From positions 8,618,001 to 8,682,000 of the forward strand of contig NW_026889751.1 of NCBI RefSeq assembly GCF_033153115.1: a DNA stretch of 64,000 bases, given 5' to 3'. The stretch comes from Saccostrea echinata. Its lineage: Eukaryota. Shown one piece after another: positions 1-12,962 of the stretch. The notes under the pieces are model-generated. The model saw only the letters and a program-made list of their open reading frames with translations, was not told the DNA's origin and ran no database searches. The translations under genes and the position numbers were made by a program. Every line of letters starts with the position of its first letter. Position 1 is the stretch's first letter.

Positions 1-84
1 ACGTCCCGCAGTGGGATTCGAACCCGTGACGTAAGGATCAACTCCTTACTCCGCGACTCTAGAGCAGACGCTCTAACCACTGCG
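1..84 (-). mobile_element. tRNA-derived sequence (SINE head or tRNA pseudogene), cut by the window edge
   Basis: The minus strand reads CGCAGTGGTTAGAGCG (A box/D arm) ... GTAAGGA-GTTGA-TCCTTAC (long variable-arm hairpin) ... GGGTTCGAATCCC (B box/T loop). The anticodon loop is 9 nt and no clean acceptor stem is visible, so it is not called a functional tRNA. Confidence 0.6.
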
Positions 85-640
85 TTCTATTTTTTTTAAA
101 AACTGAATTATGCCCATTAAAGATGAAGAAGGATATCTCAAGTTTCTATTCTAAAGCAAACATTATTTGTTAGTATTAAATATATTGTACTTTTAACCTC
201 AGGGAGGAGTCCGTAAGTCATACATGTAAGTTGCTCAAAATCCGGGGAAAGTGGGGTTTTTTTTGGTCTAATCTTATTGTATTTTTTTGTTTTTAGATTT
301 TTTACATGGTAAAATTTTGTATATTTATATTCATTAAGGGTAATTTCATTTTTATCTTTCTTTCTTTTTTTGCATTGAATTTCAAAATAGATAAATAAGT
401 AAAGAATTAAGGGGTTGTATAAATGAGGCTGGTTTGGTAGGAAAACTGATAAATACATATATGTGTTTCAGCTATTATAAAGTCACTGCAATCTGTTTTG
501 CAAAATTCTGTAACATAATTTTTTAGTATTCTATGTCCTTAATACGTCCTTTTATTTTATGTTTTGCTTTGTATATTGTAAAAATTATTGTAAAAGAATC
601 ACCTTTTCTCATTTTGACTTGTATTCTAATCTAATTAATT

Positions 641-1125
641 TAGGAATGACTCTAATTCGTGGCCAAATTATTCCAGTATAACCTGGTTTGGGTCAGTTTA
701 CGCTGTTTTATAATCCGCTTCGCCAAGAATTAGAGTCATTCCTTATAATTCAATTTCAAAATTTCTTTGCTTTTTATTAGTTCAAATTTGCCGCTCAATA
801 ATACAACCATAGTAACGGAAGTAACGGAAGTGATGGGAAGCGAGGGGAGGTAAAAACTGATACACAGGCCTAGCAGCCTTGTTGTTTATTTACATGTGGT
901 AAGATCGAATTATTGTTTTAAGTTAAAGGTACATTTATTAAATATGGAATTTTCCATGAATCCCGAGGACTTGAAATGAGAGGATTGTATGGATACAGAT
1001 GTTTCAGCTGGTTGTCGGGGGGGGGGGGGGGTGTCCCATACCAAACCAGGTTATACAGAAATAATTTGTGTTCCTTTTTGATTATTAACCAATCAGAGGC
1101 TAGAATACAAACAAAATTAAATTAT
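641..1125. mobile_element. Non-autonomous DNA element with terminal palindrome, copy 1 (palindrome arm partly deleted)
   Basis: Closely matches 7007-7553 along its length (TAGGAATGACTCTAATTC ... AATCAGAGGCTAGAATACAAAC..AATTAAATTAT). Confidence 0.8.
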
Positions 1126-1904
1126 TTCTTATTATAGCGTTTCGCGCACGAGAAATATTCGCCATTTTCGTGATCTTTTACTCTAGATTATTTCTCACCG
1201 CGAACCATTTATTTAACTGTTTAATTAATAAAATCAATGTAGAAAATTTCTCCTGTGGCGAAAATTTTAATTTTTAAGTCATTTGTACATGTACAACAGC
1301 TTAATTGTATAGTTACTGGTGATCAATCGTATTTAGAACGTTACTTTGTGTATATTAAACTACCCTTTTCCAATAAATCATACATTGCTCCACTGTTATT
1401 TTAATGAAACTAGTTTTTTTCCTTCATGTTTGCTCACTTCCATATATACAAGCCAGATAATTTTTTTTAAGATTTGGAACAGAGTACTAGGCTCCTCAAC
1501 TAAAAACTTTGATATTTTGTCTTTAGTATTTATTATTATTTTTTTTTCACATACATAATTTTTTGATAGCTTGAGATTTTTTATCAATTAATGATACGCC
1601 ATTTAAAAAACCTTTAGGCTTTTGCTTACCCCTTTTCTTTTAGCTTATGAATAGCTGATTCTCGAAGATTCAATGGAATTTTGTGCAACTAGAAAATTAC
1701 CATCGATAGATTTTGGGCGATTAAAACAAATGTTTGGACACTTTTGCAACAGATATTCAATCGAGTTTCAGTTGCCCAGACAGGAAAGGCCAATGGTATC
1801 CTAATTAATCAAGGTAGAAAGATGATTGTGTAATATACATAATATAAAAATTGTATGTTAATCATGATTTTGGTTAAAATTAAAGCAATATTTGTAAACA
1901 AAAG

Positions 1905-2780
1905 TAGTATTGCTGAAAAAGCTTGAAAAAGTACAACCGCTAGAATTGTAACAGGACTTCCTATTCTTGTGTCTAGAGAAGCACTTTATTCTGAAACTTG
2001 TTGGGAAACTTTAAAAACCATATACATGTATATTACAAAAATGACTACTCTGTTCAAAATTCACACGGGAAGAGTACCTGAATATTTGCATGATATTGTC
2101 CCCAATAAGCGTGAACATATTTCCATATACAATACCCGTACCAAACAAGATTATATTGTTCCAAGGTGTAGATTATAATTATTTAGAAACTCTTTCGTAC
2201 CTGATGCTGCAAAACAATGGAATTTACTAAAAACAGAGGTCAGAGAAGCCATCTAAAACAAAACATTTCGATAAACCTTGATAACAAAAATTAAAAATCC
2301 ACCATCATTCTTCTCTTTTGGTAAGCGGTACACCAATATCATTCATACTAAGACATTACTCAAAATCATGATCTATATAAACGAAACATTATAAATAGTC
2401 CTTTATGTTTGTGTGGAAAAAATGAAGATGTGCACCATTTCTTTTTCGCATGCAAAAATTATTCTAATGCAAGAAGTACTCTTTTTAATCGCTTGTTCAC
2501 TCTTGAACTGGTTACTATTGATATAAATCTATAATTATGTGGTGATGTTAATTTGCCTTTACAGATAAATATTAACAGTATTTTTGCTGCTGTTCATAAA
2601 TTTATTGGCGAAACATGTGGATTCTCTAGTTGATATGTAGATTGCTTTTTCACTTGTATTAATTGTATCATTTTTCTTTTAATTTGCATGACATATTGTA
2701 ATATATAAGTAGAGGAACTTAGTAAATTGTATAGAACTTGTTTCCAATCCTTTTGATGTATTCAATAAAATATGCTCAAA
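1905..2780 (+). mobile_element. 5'-truncated, degraded non-LTR retrotransposon (CR1/L2-like) ORF2 C-terminus and 3' UTR
   Basis: Across frameshifts and stops it reads LEKVQ..RIVTGLPILVSREALYSETCWETL..VPEYLHDIVP..YNTR..FRNSFVP..QWN.L..SPLCLCGKNEDVHHFFFAC, a post-RT region with a C-terminal CCHC-type motif. It ends near AATAAA at ~2764. Confidence 0.75.
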
Positions 2781-3545
2781 ACAACATCGACATTTTGTTC
2801 ACTAAATATATCTCGTTACATATATACATTAGATAAATTGTATGCACTTTGCTTTCGTATACCTTTTCAGCTATGTAGAGAGGAACTTCTTTTTTCGTTA
2901 CAAACTTCTGACATTTTCGTCAGCTGACATAAATAATTTGCATGTTGTATGTCGACAATCACATAAATAAGTTGTATGTCAACATAAATAAGTTGTAACT
3001 TGTATGTCGCCATTAAAAAGTTGAATCTCGCATCATTCTTATTGACAAGTTGTGGTGACAATATGGGTCACTGATATATATCAAAAGTTTATACTCAGTG
3101 TACGTGTTCTCACACATGGATAAGTTACCGTAAATTCATCGTCCGCATAATTTTACTCCTATTCGTCGTGCGACACAGTTGAACTTCGAGCGAAATCGAA
3201 CCACTAGATCCAAAAGGTCAAGTTTGGGCTATACTAATATACGGCGTATAGGTTTACAGGTAGATGAACAAAACTTTGAAATTCATGATGATGAAGTTCA
3301 AGGTTTTTTCTCAGATAATACATGTTTATGTTACATTAAGGTTTAAGATTCTACACATTTCAATTGAAGAAAATGATGAAATCTAAGAAAAACGCTTTCA
3401 TTTATTAACCTGAGCTCCCCTTTCCTGGTCTTTTGAATAGTAAGATAGAGCATTCATACAAAACCCTTCCGATGTGAATACATACAAATCACGTTTCTAC
3501 ACTTACTTTTAAGAAACGTGCAATTTTCTGCTCCAGTGAAGCATA

Positions 3546-6216
3546 ATGATCCGGACGTGCATTATTCTTGCTATTCTATCACTTTCCTTTGCTGATAATG
3601 TGAAATTCAAGGACTGTGGTAGGTGCCATTTCTTTCATTCCAAATTGAATACCGGTTTGCTTTGCAGTTCAATTTATTATCATTTTTTCTTCAACAGGAA
3701 AACTTTTTTTTTTTTTTTAAAAAAGAAGAAAATATATCAATTTTAATATTGAACTATTTTTTTTAAGTTATCTGCGCTGAGATAGTATTAGTTTTGTTGA
3801 ATTTAGACATCACCTACTTTTTGAAGCCAAGTATCTAGCTTTAGATATTGACCCCATTTGCACAACTTATGAGTGTTTGCATACATAACAAGAAGCATAG
3901 TGGAGGAAGTTCATACTTATAATTATGTGAACTTCTAGGGAACATTCGAATTAGTTCCAACGTGGACCCAGGTAGCATGAATTTATCAGTTTTTGCTAGG
4001 GAACCCTTCGCTCAATAATACATGCAATATAATGTTGGTCTGTTGCATGCACATGATTAAAGTCAACTTTTTGTGATCGGATTCGGCCGATCACAGTCGA
4101 TTCCATCATCCGGCATATATAACCGTTTGTGCGCACATGACGCGACGGACTACTTTGTCTACTAAATGCATTGACAGAGTCGTGTAAATTTATCACAATG
4201 TGTTAAGTACTAAGGAACTTTTTAATGCATTTACTTTGAGATCCATACATTCATACAGTTACATGGTGAATAACGTTGGTGTTTTCTCTATGTGCGCAAG
4301 AATTTCATTCACTTCCGAAATGGAAGTCTTGTACAACCTTTAGAGTCAAGTTTATTCGTTCACTGGTGTTTCGAGTAAGTCTAACTCATATATTACTTTA
4401 TTCGTTTACAAGCTTAGCTTTTAAAAAGATAGGTGAGCTATCCTTTGAATAAATCATAGATATCTGAAACATTGAATTAATTTGCTGAATCGAATAATTA
4501 TCAATAGGAAGGCACACTGATGTACTGGGGCGGTGTGTGTCAGTTTATAGTGATCTCTACAGACCAGTAAACACGGTATGCCATTCGACAACAAATTCAC
4601 AACAACCGAGTTTATTGGTCTGTAGAGACGACTATAAGCGGTTAGGAGATGGATAAAATATACAGGTTGGTTATAGAATATGTCTAGAATTAGGGGATGA
4701 AAGGTCGTTGATTGACCAATGCTGGAAAGTGGAAAAATACATCCCCAAAGTGCGTAGAAAATCTTGCGCCGTAAATTGCATTTTATTTACATTACGGGAT
4801 CTGTTAGCGTTATGGTCAAAGACTAAAATATAAAACCATAACGCTACAGTTCTGCAGCTATGGTTTATAGTTCTCATCAGAAGAAGGAGATTTTCATAAA
4901 TAATGGATTTTAAATACTAGTACATAACCATAGACCTGAACACTGGACCCAGGGAACTTTGAAAGAGGTCTTTAAAAAAAAATCATGCAAAATATTCAGT
5001 ACATGTTTAATATCTAGTAGTGAATTTTATGTTTTGTAAAGAAAATGCATTTTAATTTCAAATTCATGAGTGATGGAATTTTGTAGAGGATTAATTGCTG
5101 ATTATAGTCATGCAATTAGTTTCCTACTAGATGCCCAGAAGTAGGGAAGCTGATTTTTGAATATTGCTAAAATAAAAAAATTAGTTATGTTTTATATGAA
5201 AAAAATAAAGTTGAGCCCGTTCATATTCCTAATAAATTATTACAGGTTCCGTCTCGGGAAAAATAGAAAGCGTTGACGTTAATCCATGTCCGTCAGAACC
5301 TTGTCAACTGAAGAAAAACACCAACGTCACAATATCCCTCGACTTTACACCGAGTAAGTATTCAAGGTCGTCGGAAAGGGGAAGGGTGCGCTGGGTAACA
5401 ACTCCATCTCTACCCTTTCCAGAAACCTGGTTACGACCTTGGGCTATTGCACTGTTCATAAGTAGATAAAAATATACCTTAATGCAATTATTACATCAAA
5501 TCTAGGTAAGGAAAACCAATTCAAAATTCAAATGGAGGATCTTTGTCTTTCATGTTTCATTGCTACCTCTTTGGATATTATCAAGTGTAGATATATAGGT
5601 TAATTTAATTAATGTTTATTTCATTATCAATAAATCATTATAATTGATACATGCATTAGCAGAATTCAGCATAGATTTGTCTTTGAGGGTACTTTTACAC
5701 TCTTCTCCAGGTGCCAATTCGGCCACTTTTAAGACAGTTGTCCATGGAATTATTGGAGGGGTACCTGTCCCATTTCCAACCTCTAACGGGGCAGTCAACC
5801 CCCCTGTTCCCGTCCAACCAAATCAAAAGGTTACCTATACAAACTCCATCTTTGTTGAACCAGCTTATCCTAAGGTAAACAATACTTTTATCAAAAATAG
5901 TCAAAAAGCCGCTATTCAATATTCCAGTTATTGAACTGAGAATGAACAGAGAAATAAATACACGAGATTTGAAAAAGAAAGATATGAAAAAAAGGACAAC
6001 ATTAAGAAGTACAAGCATAGGAATATATGAATAAAGACTGCTTTATTGTGCTTTTACATTTTAGTGATGAGGAAATTTAAAAAAAAAACATCTTCAGTAA
6101 TACTTTTATTTTTTTTTTTAAATAAACAGATATCACTCCTTGTAAAATGGGAAATTGCAGACGCATCAGGGAAGGATTTTGTGTGTTTTGTCGTACCAGC
6201 GATGATAGTGGGATAG
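3546..6216 (+). CDS. NPC2: NPC2-like ML-domain lipid/sterol-binding protein, copy A (4 exons)
   Basis: Exons 3546-3618, 5246-5353, 5711-5874, 6130-6216, GT-AG and in frame. Signal peptide MIRTCIILAILSLSFA, then FKDCGS..VDVNPCPSEPCQLKK..VHGIIGGVPVPFP..YPKISLLVKWEI..VCFVVP. Confidence 0.93.
4548..4634. mobile_element. ~87-bp mini-foldback element (TAG...CTA ends) in intron 1 of NPC2-A
   Basis: TAGTGATCTCTACAGACCAGTAAACACGGT ... ACCGAGTTTATTGGTCTGTAGAGACGACTA form imperfect inverted arms. Confidence 0.65.
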
Positions 6217-7006
6217 ACCAAATATAAAAACACTACCGACTAAATATACATGTTTGAATACTATGTTATACAAGCCTGACAATAAAATTGATTTTTTTCC
6301 CCACACAAATGAGTCGTGTCATGAATTTACGATAAGACACAATATGGTAATCTTACAGGGAAGAAAAACATGGGGGGGGGGGGTCCTTCATTGTTTTATT
6401 GCGCTAAAAGAAAACAAAGAAGGAAGAAAGCTATTTTTTAAAAATATTATACCCTATCCGTTGAAAGTATTTCCATAATTTAATTCACGTTCATATCAGG
6501 AAAAAAAGTTGCGCTTTTTCGTCGTTTTTATAACAATGCCATTCATCTTTTCTTCCAAAGTTTCGAACACGTAAAATCTATACTCTTTTGTCACTTTCCC
6601 CGATTTTGAGGTCCCCCCCCCTCCCCCATTCATGAAAATAACAACTAATCTATGTTTATCTAAGTAAAATTAATAAGTTAAACTGTGTAAAATTCCATTT
6701 TTTATTAAAAGTTTTCAATTTGTCCCATAGAACTAGATAAAAAATAATAGATTTATAAGTATGATGGCCTGTATATGAATGACATTCCTTTGATAGCATT
6801 TTAGGGATATGTCAGGGTGATCCATTTCCCTATTATCAATATGCATATACAATGTATGCGATCTGATCTTACGATCTTACTGTGTAAGGTACAAAAATAC
6901 GGTATACATATATTTTTTGTTTATCACAGTGAAGTAAACTTCAAATTTAAGAATGACTGGTCTCTTAAACCATACACTAGCTTTCTACATTGTGTCAGCA
7001 ATATTT

Positions 7007-7553
7007 TAGGAATGACTCTAATTCTTGGCCAAATTATTCGAGTATAACCTGGTTTGGGTCAGTTTACGCTTTATAATCCGCGAAGCGGATTAAAAAACAG
7101 CGTAAACTGACCCAAACCAGGTTATACTCGAATAATTTGGCCAAGAATTAGAGTCATTCCTTATAATTTAATTTTAAAATCATTAAATAACTAAGGGTGT
7201 AGAATTTCGTTGCTTTTTATTAGTTCAAATTTGCCGCTCAATAATACAACCGTAGTAACGGAAGTGATGGGAAGCGAGGGGAGGTAAAAACTGATGCATA
7301 GGCCTAGCGGCAGCCTTGTTGTTTGTTAACATGTGGTAAGATCGAATTATTGTTAAGTTAAAGGTACAATTATTAAATCTGGAATTTTCCATGAATTCCG
7401 AGGACTGGAAATGAGAGGATTGTATGGATACAGATGATTCAGCTGGTTGTCAGAGGGGTGTGTCCCCATACCAAACCAGGTTACAGAAATAATTTGTGTT
7501 CCTTTTTGGATATTATCCAATCAGAGGCTAGAATACAAACGAAATTAAATTAT
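7007..7553. mobile_element. Non-autonomous DNA element with intact ~154-bp terminal palindrome, copy 2
   Basis: 7008-7161 is a near-perfect inverted repeat centred on CCGC-GAA-GCGG. The body matches 641-1125. Confidence 0.85.
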
Positions 7554-7766
7554 ATTTAGATGATATCTAGGATAGACAATGAATCTGCAAAACAGGCATG
7601 TTGTAAAATTTTATGTTGGTTTTATTACTTTGCTTGATTTTTTTAGTCCTAATTGTAGTACTTTGATGTGTCAAGTTGACCACTGACTTGCAGAGTGTCG
7701 CGTGATACTTTGACCTATCTACTCTCATCCTATCTTCTGAATAGGGAGAAATCGAACGATCACTAG

Positions 7767-7897
7767 NNNNNNNNNNNNNNNNNNNNNNNNNNNNNNNNNN
7801 NNNNNNNNNNNNNNNNNNNNNNNNNNNNNNNNNNNNNNNNNNNNNNNNNNNNNNNNNNNNNNNNNNNNNNNNNNNNNNNNNNNNNNNNNNNNNNNNN
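7767..7897. other. N gap (~131 nt) just upstream of NPC2-B
   Basis: Run of N in the sequence. Confidence 0.95.
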
Positions 7898-7968
7898 TAG
7901 TATGATCATTTTAATTATATAGAAAACTGTGATTGTTAAATCTCTGAAGACAATTAAATCAGTACAAT

Positions 7969-8992
7969 ATGGACCTAGTCTCCAGAATAATAATATTAAC
8001 TGTTGCGATGACTTTTGCTTCAGCTGACGTAATCACTTTCAAAGACTGTGGTGAGTTTACTAATGTTGTTAGTAGCTAGAGATTGTGAGTACAATATTTT
8101 GACAATGAAATATACATGTAAAGTCTTTCGTCGACAATAAATAAACTTTATCTGCCACGTTTGTACAGTTATAAAATTAAAATGATGTTGCACATGATAA
8201 AGGTTCTTATTGTGCTTCAGGAGTTTGCTAAGTTGTATATTTTATCAGAAATTTGTGTCCAATATTGTAGGTTCTGCTACTGGAACGGTGAACCAAGTCG
8301 ACGTGACCCCGTGTCCGTCAGAACCATGTCAACTAAAGAAGGGAGACAATGTTACAATGAAAGTAGAATTCACGCCTAGTGAGTGGCATTTCCGCTTTTT
8401 TATTTGGGTCACAATTCCTGGAAATATTGAACAGCAATAAGCTTCAAAATTTTTCATTTCTTTATTCAGAGGTGAATTCAACAAAATACTCGTCTGTACT
8501 CCATGGAATTATTGGAGGGGTTCCTGTGCCATTTCCGCTTCAAAATGGAATCACTTCCGGTCCAATAATTACAAACAGCAAAATCGTCTACTCAAATTTC
8601 CTGATGGTTCTCCCATCTTATCCTAAGGTAAGCTGCCTTCTCGCAAACACTAAACTTTATAGATGCAGAAAAAATCACTCTAGCTTTTAAAACATCGAAT
8701 TTCTTCCTTTCTTAATTTTTCATTGTTTATAACAGCACTTATGCGAGTCACCAAATTCTTATTAATAAATTATTCTAAAATGAAACACTTTTTATAATTC
8801 GTTATCGTCTTGAATTGTAAAAAGTTGATTCTACAATATTTGCAGATAAAACTAGCAAATTAAAACCTCACTCTGATATTTGAGTTGCTTTTTTTTTTTG
8901 CTCAGGTCTCGCTGGTCGCCAAACTGGAAATCCGAGACGATAACAGTAAAGATCTTGTGTGTTTTGTATGGCCTGTCCAGATTGTGGAATAG
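7969..8992 (+). CDS. NPC2: NPC2-like ML-domain protein, copy B (4 exons)
   Basis: Exons 7969-8050, 8271-8378, 8470-8627, 8906-8992. MDLVSRIIILTVAMTFASADVITFKDCGS..VDVTPCPSEPCQLKKG..LHGIIGGVPVPFP..YPKVSLVAKLEI..LVCFVWPVQIVE*. Confidence 0.93.
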
Positions 8993-10298
8993 AAGTCTTG
9001 ATCATCCAGTGGTTCGATCCTCCAAAGGGTCAAGTTCGCGATGACGACTGAGACTCTTCTTTTGCTTTTCGTTCCTGCATTGTAAATATATCATAAATAA
9101 TTTAGTTTCATCCTGTCTTTATACGTCATTTGTGTTTAAGAATAAATAAAAAAAAAAGTTTAACAGTCATTCCTTGTGTAAATATATTATGGAAGCCATG
9201 TTTCGAAGTCCTGGTCTTGGTGAGGAAGTCATTTCCCCTTATACAGTTGTGTGTTCCTCTTTCGTCATGGAATTGCAGTTAAATTTAAATCATATTAATA
9301 TAACGCAAAATTAAGAGCTCGGCACTTGGACAATGAAATTTACCTATGTCTTTATGTACTCTTTAATTGAGATTTCATGAAAATATTCTTTAGTTAAATA
9401 ACACATGTATGAAATGGTGTGAAACACTGTTCTTAGGAAATGGACCTGTCAACAACTGAATATATTCTAATGGACTTTACTAAATTCAAAGACCTTAAAA
9501 AAATGACCCAGAAAAAAACGGAGGAACAAGGTTTAAGAAAATCCAACATCTCTTCTTATTTCTATTCTACAATTACCATTTCAACGAGAAAGAGAACAAA
9601 AACACTTGAGGGAAAATTTTACTGTCGGTTTACTTAAGATTTTAATTGCGATTTACAATTTAAGACATATACTTGCACCACACTTTGACAAATTAAATGA
9701 ACTAAATGATTTAAAACTGTTAGATAAGAGTAAATTGAATCCGAAATAGTTTCGCCTGGGACGTTTTGCATAGCGTATTTCGTAATAAGATAGGATGTTG
9801 ACCATTTACTTCGGGAAAGTCGATAAAGTTCCAAAATAAGATACCATTATTCCAAAATCATCCCATTTATCAATAAAATGATAAAATTGACTGATAACCC
9901 GAGCTCAAGTAAGTGGGTCAATGTACCTTAAAAATTTAAAGTCGAAAATAGGGAACATGGTTGAGTAATTGTACTAAGACATCAATATAAATATATACAA
10001 TGTACTTTAATGTAGATTTAAGTATTTACACTCATGCCGACTTATGATCTATTCTCTTCTCTGTTGTGTAAAAATTTATATAGACCTTGCATGTTGCAAT
10101 AAAATGCAAAAAGGACCATATATTGATAAAACTTGACGGTGTACTGGAAAACTCTTAAATTTAAATGCCATTCATGCATCAAAGGTCAAATGAGGATTCT
10201 CGCATTGAAATTCCACGTGATTCCATCCGAATATAAACAAACCACTCTGAGAATTGTAACAATTCACAGAGTTGTCGACGTCCGAGACAAAGAAAATC

Positions 10299-12962
10299 AT
10301 GTCCCTCTCTCTCGCCTGTGCTCTGGTAGTCGTTGGTGTTATTGCCACCTGTTTTTGTGAACCGATCAACTTCAAAAAATGCAGTAAGTACATATCAGTA
10401 AGAGAGAAATATGAACGCCTCAGCCCACAATATTGTATTTATAAGTGACGAGAATGTAAGCTTCAAAAGAAGGAATTTACATGTAAGGATTGTATAATGA
10501 GAGTGAAGGAAGAAAATATGGTATTCAGAAGGAATTGATTTTGTTGTAAAAATAAATCTTTGAAGCTGGGTTGTCCAGTGCTAAATTATTTTCGATGTAT
10601 GTGTTAACTGTATGCATAAGTTCATAAAGCAGGGGAAATCGAACAGAATATGATATATTTAATATCTGTATATTTCCATATCAAATTACAATTATTTACA
10701 GATGGATCTCCAGACATAAAAACAGTCGATATCACACCTTGCAAGGAACAACCCTGTAAATTTTATCACGGGATGAACGTCACGGTGTCTGTAACATTCG
10801 TCTCAGGTTTGTATGTAGTAAAAACATTCTTTAGTTAATTCAAAAGTATGCCATTGAGAGAGTTGGCACATTCTAGTTTTCCAAAATTATAAAACTATTT
10901 CTTGTACCAAAGCTGAAGAAAACATTTGTGTGGGGACCAGAATCTTGTTAACTTACAAAATGGTATACTTTGTTTTATTAATCCTATACAAAAGTAAACT
11001 CGGGACCATAAAACCAATGCTTCATCCATTAAATACTTGGTTGACTGTCGCATGACAGGTATAGTATTTTACAGTTGCTATCTCCAGCCAATATAAATTG
11101 AGGCTTCAGTCTGTTAAATCCGTCTCTGACTGGATCTTATGTCATGAAAATAAGACTGCCCTTTGGAGGGACAACAGTGAATTCAAATTAAATTCAGGGA
11201 TTTAAGAAAATTTAATGAATTACTATTATATACATGTATAGTGAAAATTATTAAATGTATAAAACGTTTTTCAAATGAAATATTTTTGAAGTTACATCTT
11301 TTTTCTTTGAAGTGAGAGACTCCATTGGGCTAACAGCTGAGATCTATGGAATTCTTGCGGGAGTGCCCGTCAAATTTAACATGCCTAATCCAAACGGATG
11401 CAGATCCAGCAATATCACCTGTCCAATCAAAAACGGAGATCAATACACCTACAGTGGATTGTTCAATGTTCTGAAAACCTACCCAAATGTGAGTACATTG
11501 AGGGAGTATTTACCTACGAGACCATAATGGACTGTATCATGTAAAATTTGAATTTAGTAGATTGATGTAAATGCAAAATTTACATCATGTTGTAAATTTT
11601 GCATTTACTTCCATCTACTAAATTCAAAATGATGATATACAACATGATAAACTGTGTAAAACCAGAAAACTAACCTGTGAATCTTGTGAAGGAAAATCAA
11701 AGTCTCTTTTTTTTGGTTTTTTGGTTCATGTTTATGACTTTGATTGTTTAAAAATGTGAAAATAAATTATTATTTTGTAGAAGATTTGAAAAACAGAAAA
11801 ATTAATATTTTCCTACGCCGCTATTCCGCCAAAAATATAGTACCTACTAAATTCTTAGCTCAGTTTACCATTTCTCTGTCGAGAAAAGAAAAGAAAAATA
11901 AGATCTTTCAAATTCCTTAATATACTTTGAATTTTTAATTTGTTAGAAACAGATATTTTATACATGTACACGTGAACTACCTAAATATGTGTCAGTTGGA
12001 AAGCTATACATATTGAAGATAGTGTACCAGAAATAATATGCCATGTTATGCTAATGTAGGGAAGAAATTGTTTTATATGAAATGAACTTATCTATTTTCC
12101 TGAAAGTAAAATCTAAGCGGACGCAAACGGGGGGGGGGGGGGGCAAATATTTCTCATGGTTGATTTAAGTTGGAGCAAAATAAAACCTTGAAAAGTGTGA
12201 ATTTTCGGTAAATCACAGATCCATGCATTATTAATTTATATTTACATTTCCAAATGATCTTTGTGCGAGATAAGACTACAAATAAGGAAATAGCTTAATA
12301 TCTGCTCATCACGTACGGAACTGCATGCTAACTCACTGTGTATAGGATAGTAATATAATGGGTGGGGCTTGTAGTGCTAGAGTTTAAATTATTGAATAAA
12401 AATAACGTGTATACATGTATCTCATTTTTCTCATTCAATCGAGGATCAGAATAACTTTTTTTGTTTGTTTGTTTGTCTTTTTATTTTTATGATGATGATC
12501 AAACAGTTTGCTCAAGTGATGATATGCAAATTACCACGTGAGCAAAATGTTTGATCACATTATAAAGCCAACAAAAAAATAGATAAGTATTCCTTGAGTC
12601 ACTGTGCATCTTGGTTTCGTTTCTTTTGTGAAATAACAGATTTGAACCAATAATGTTGGCTTCTGATATGCAAGACAAGTTTTTTAAATCTGCTTACTAT
12701 ACCGTATGTGGCAGTTTAGATCCATCATCGTCCAAAATTATACTAGAGTAAGACTGATAAAGCGGAATACTGCTCTTTACCGCAATTACAACTATATATA
12801 CCAAAACGTATTCTATGCATTGACATGTTTACAAATCATATATTAATCAATGAAAGTATTTTCTTTTAAATTTAGATACGTCTAACAGTGCAATGGGATT
12901 TAAAGGCAGACGACAACAGTTATTTATTTTGCTTCGTGTTTCCCATGGAAATTGATAAGTGA
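10299..12962 (+). CDS. NPC2: NPC2-like ML-domain protein, copy C (4 exons)
   Basis: Exons 10299-10383, 10702-10806, 11313-11488, 12876-12962. Signal peptide, then FKKC..VDITPCKEQPC..IYGILAGVPVKFNMPNPNGCRSSNITCPIKNG..YPNIRLTVQWDL..LFCFVFPMEIDK*. AATAAA at ~13022. Confidence 0.93.

Noticed and set aside
1-84. Functional (suppressor-like, CTA-containing loop) tRNA gene
   Set aside because: The anticodon loop is 9 nt and there is no clear acceptor stem; a tRNA-derived repeat explains it better.
3937-4972. Possible TIR element in NPC2-A intron 1
   Set aside because: The terminal match is too weak to define by eye.
641-7553. Idea that the two direct-repeat element copies mediated the NPC2-A/B duplication
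   Set aside because: The elements are far more similar to each other than the two genes are, so they most likely inserted after the duplication.
3213-10190. AGGTCA nuclear-receptor half-sites near NPC2 genes (~3215, ~7711, ~10183) as sterol-response elements
   Set aside because: They are isolated hexamers without a convincing repeat spacing and are expected by chance.
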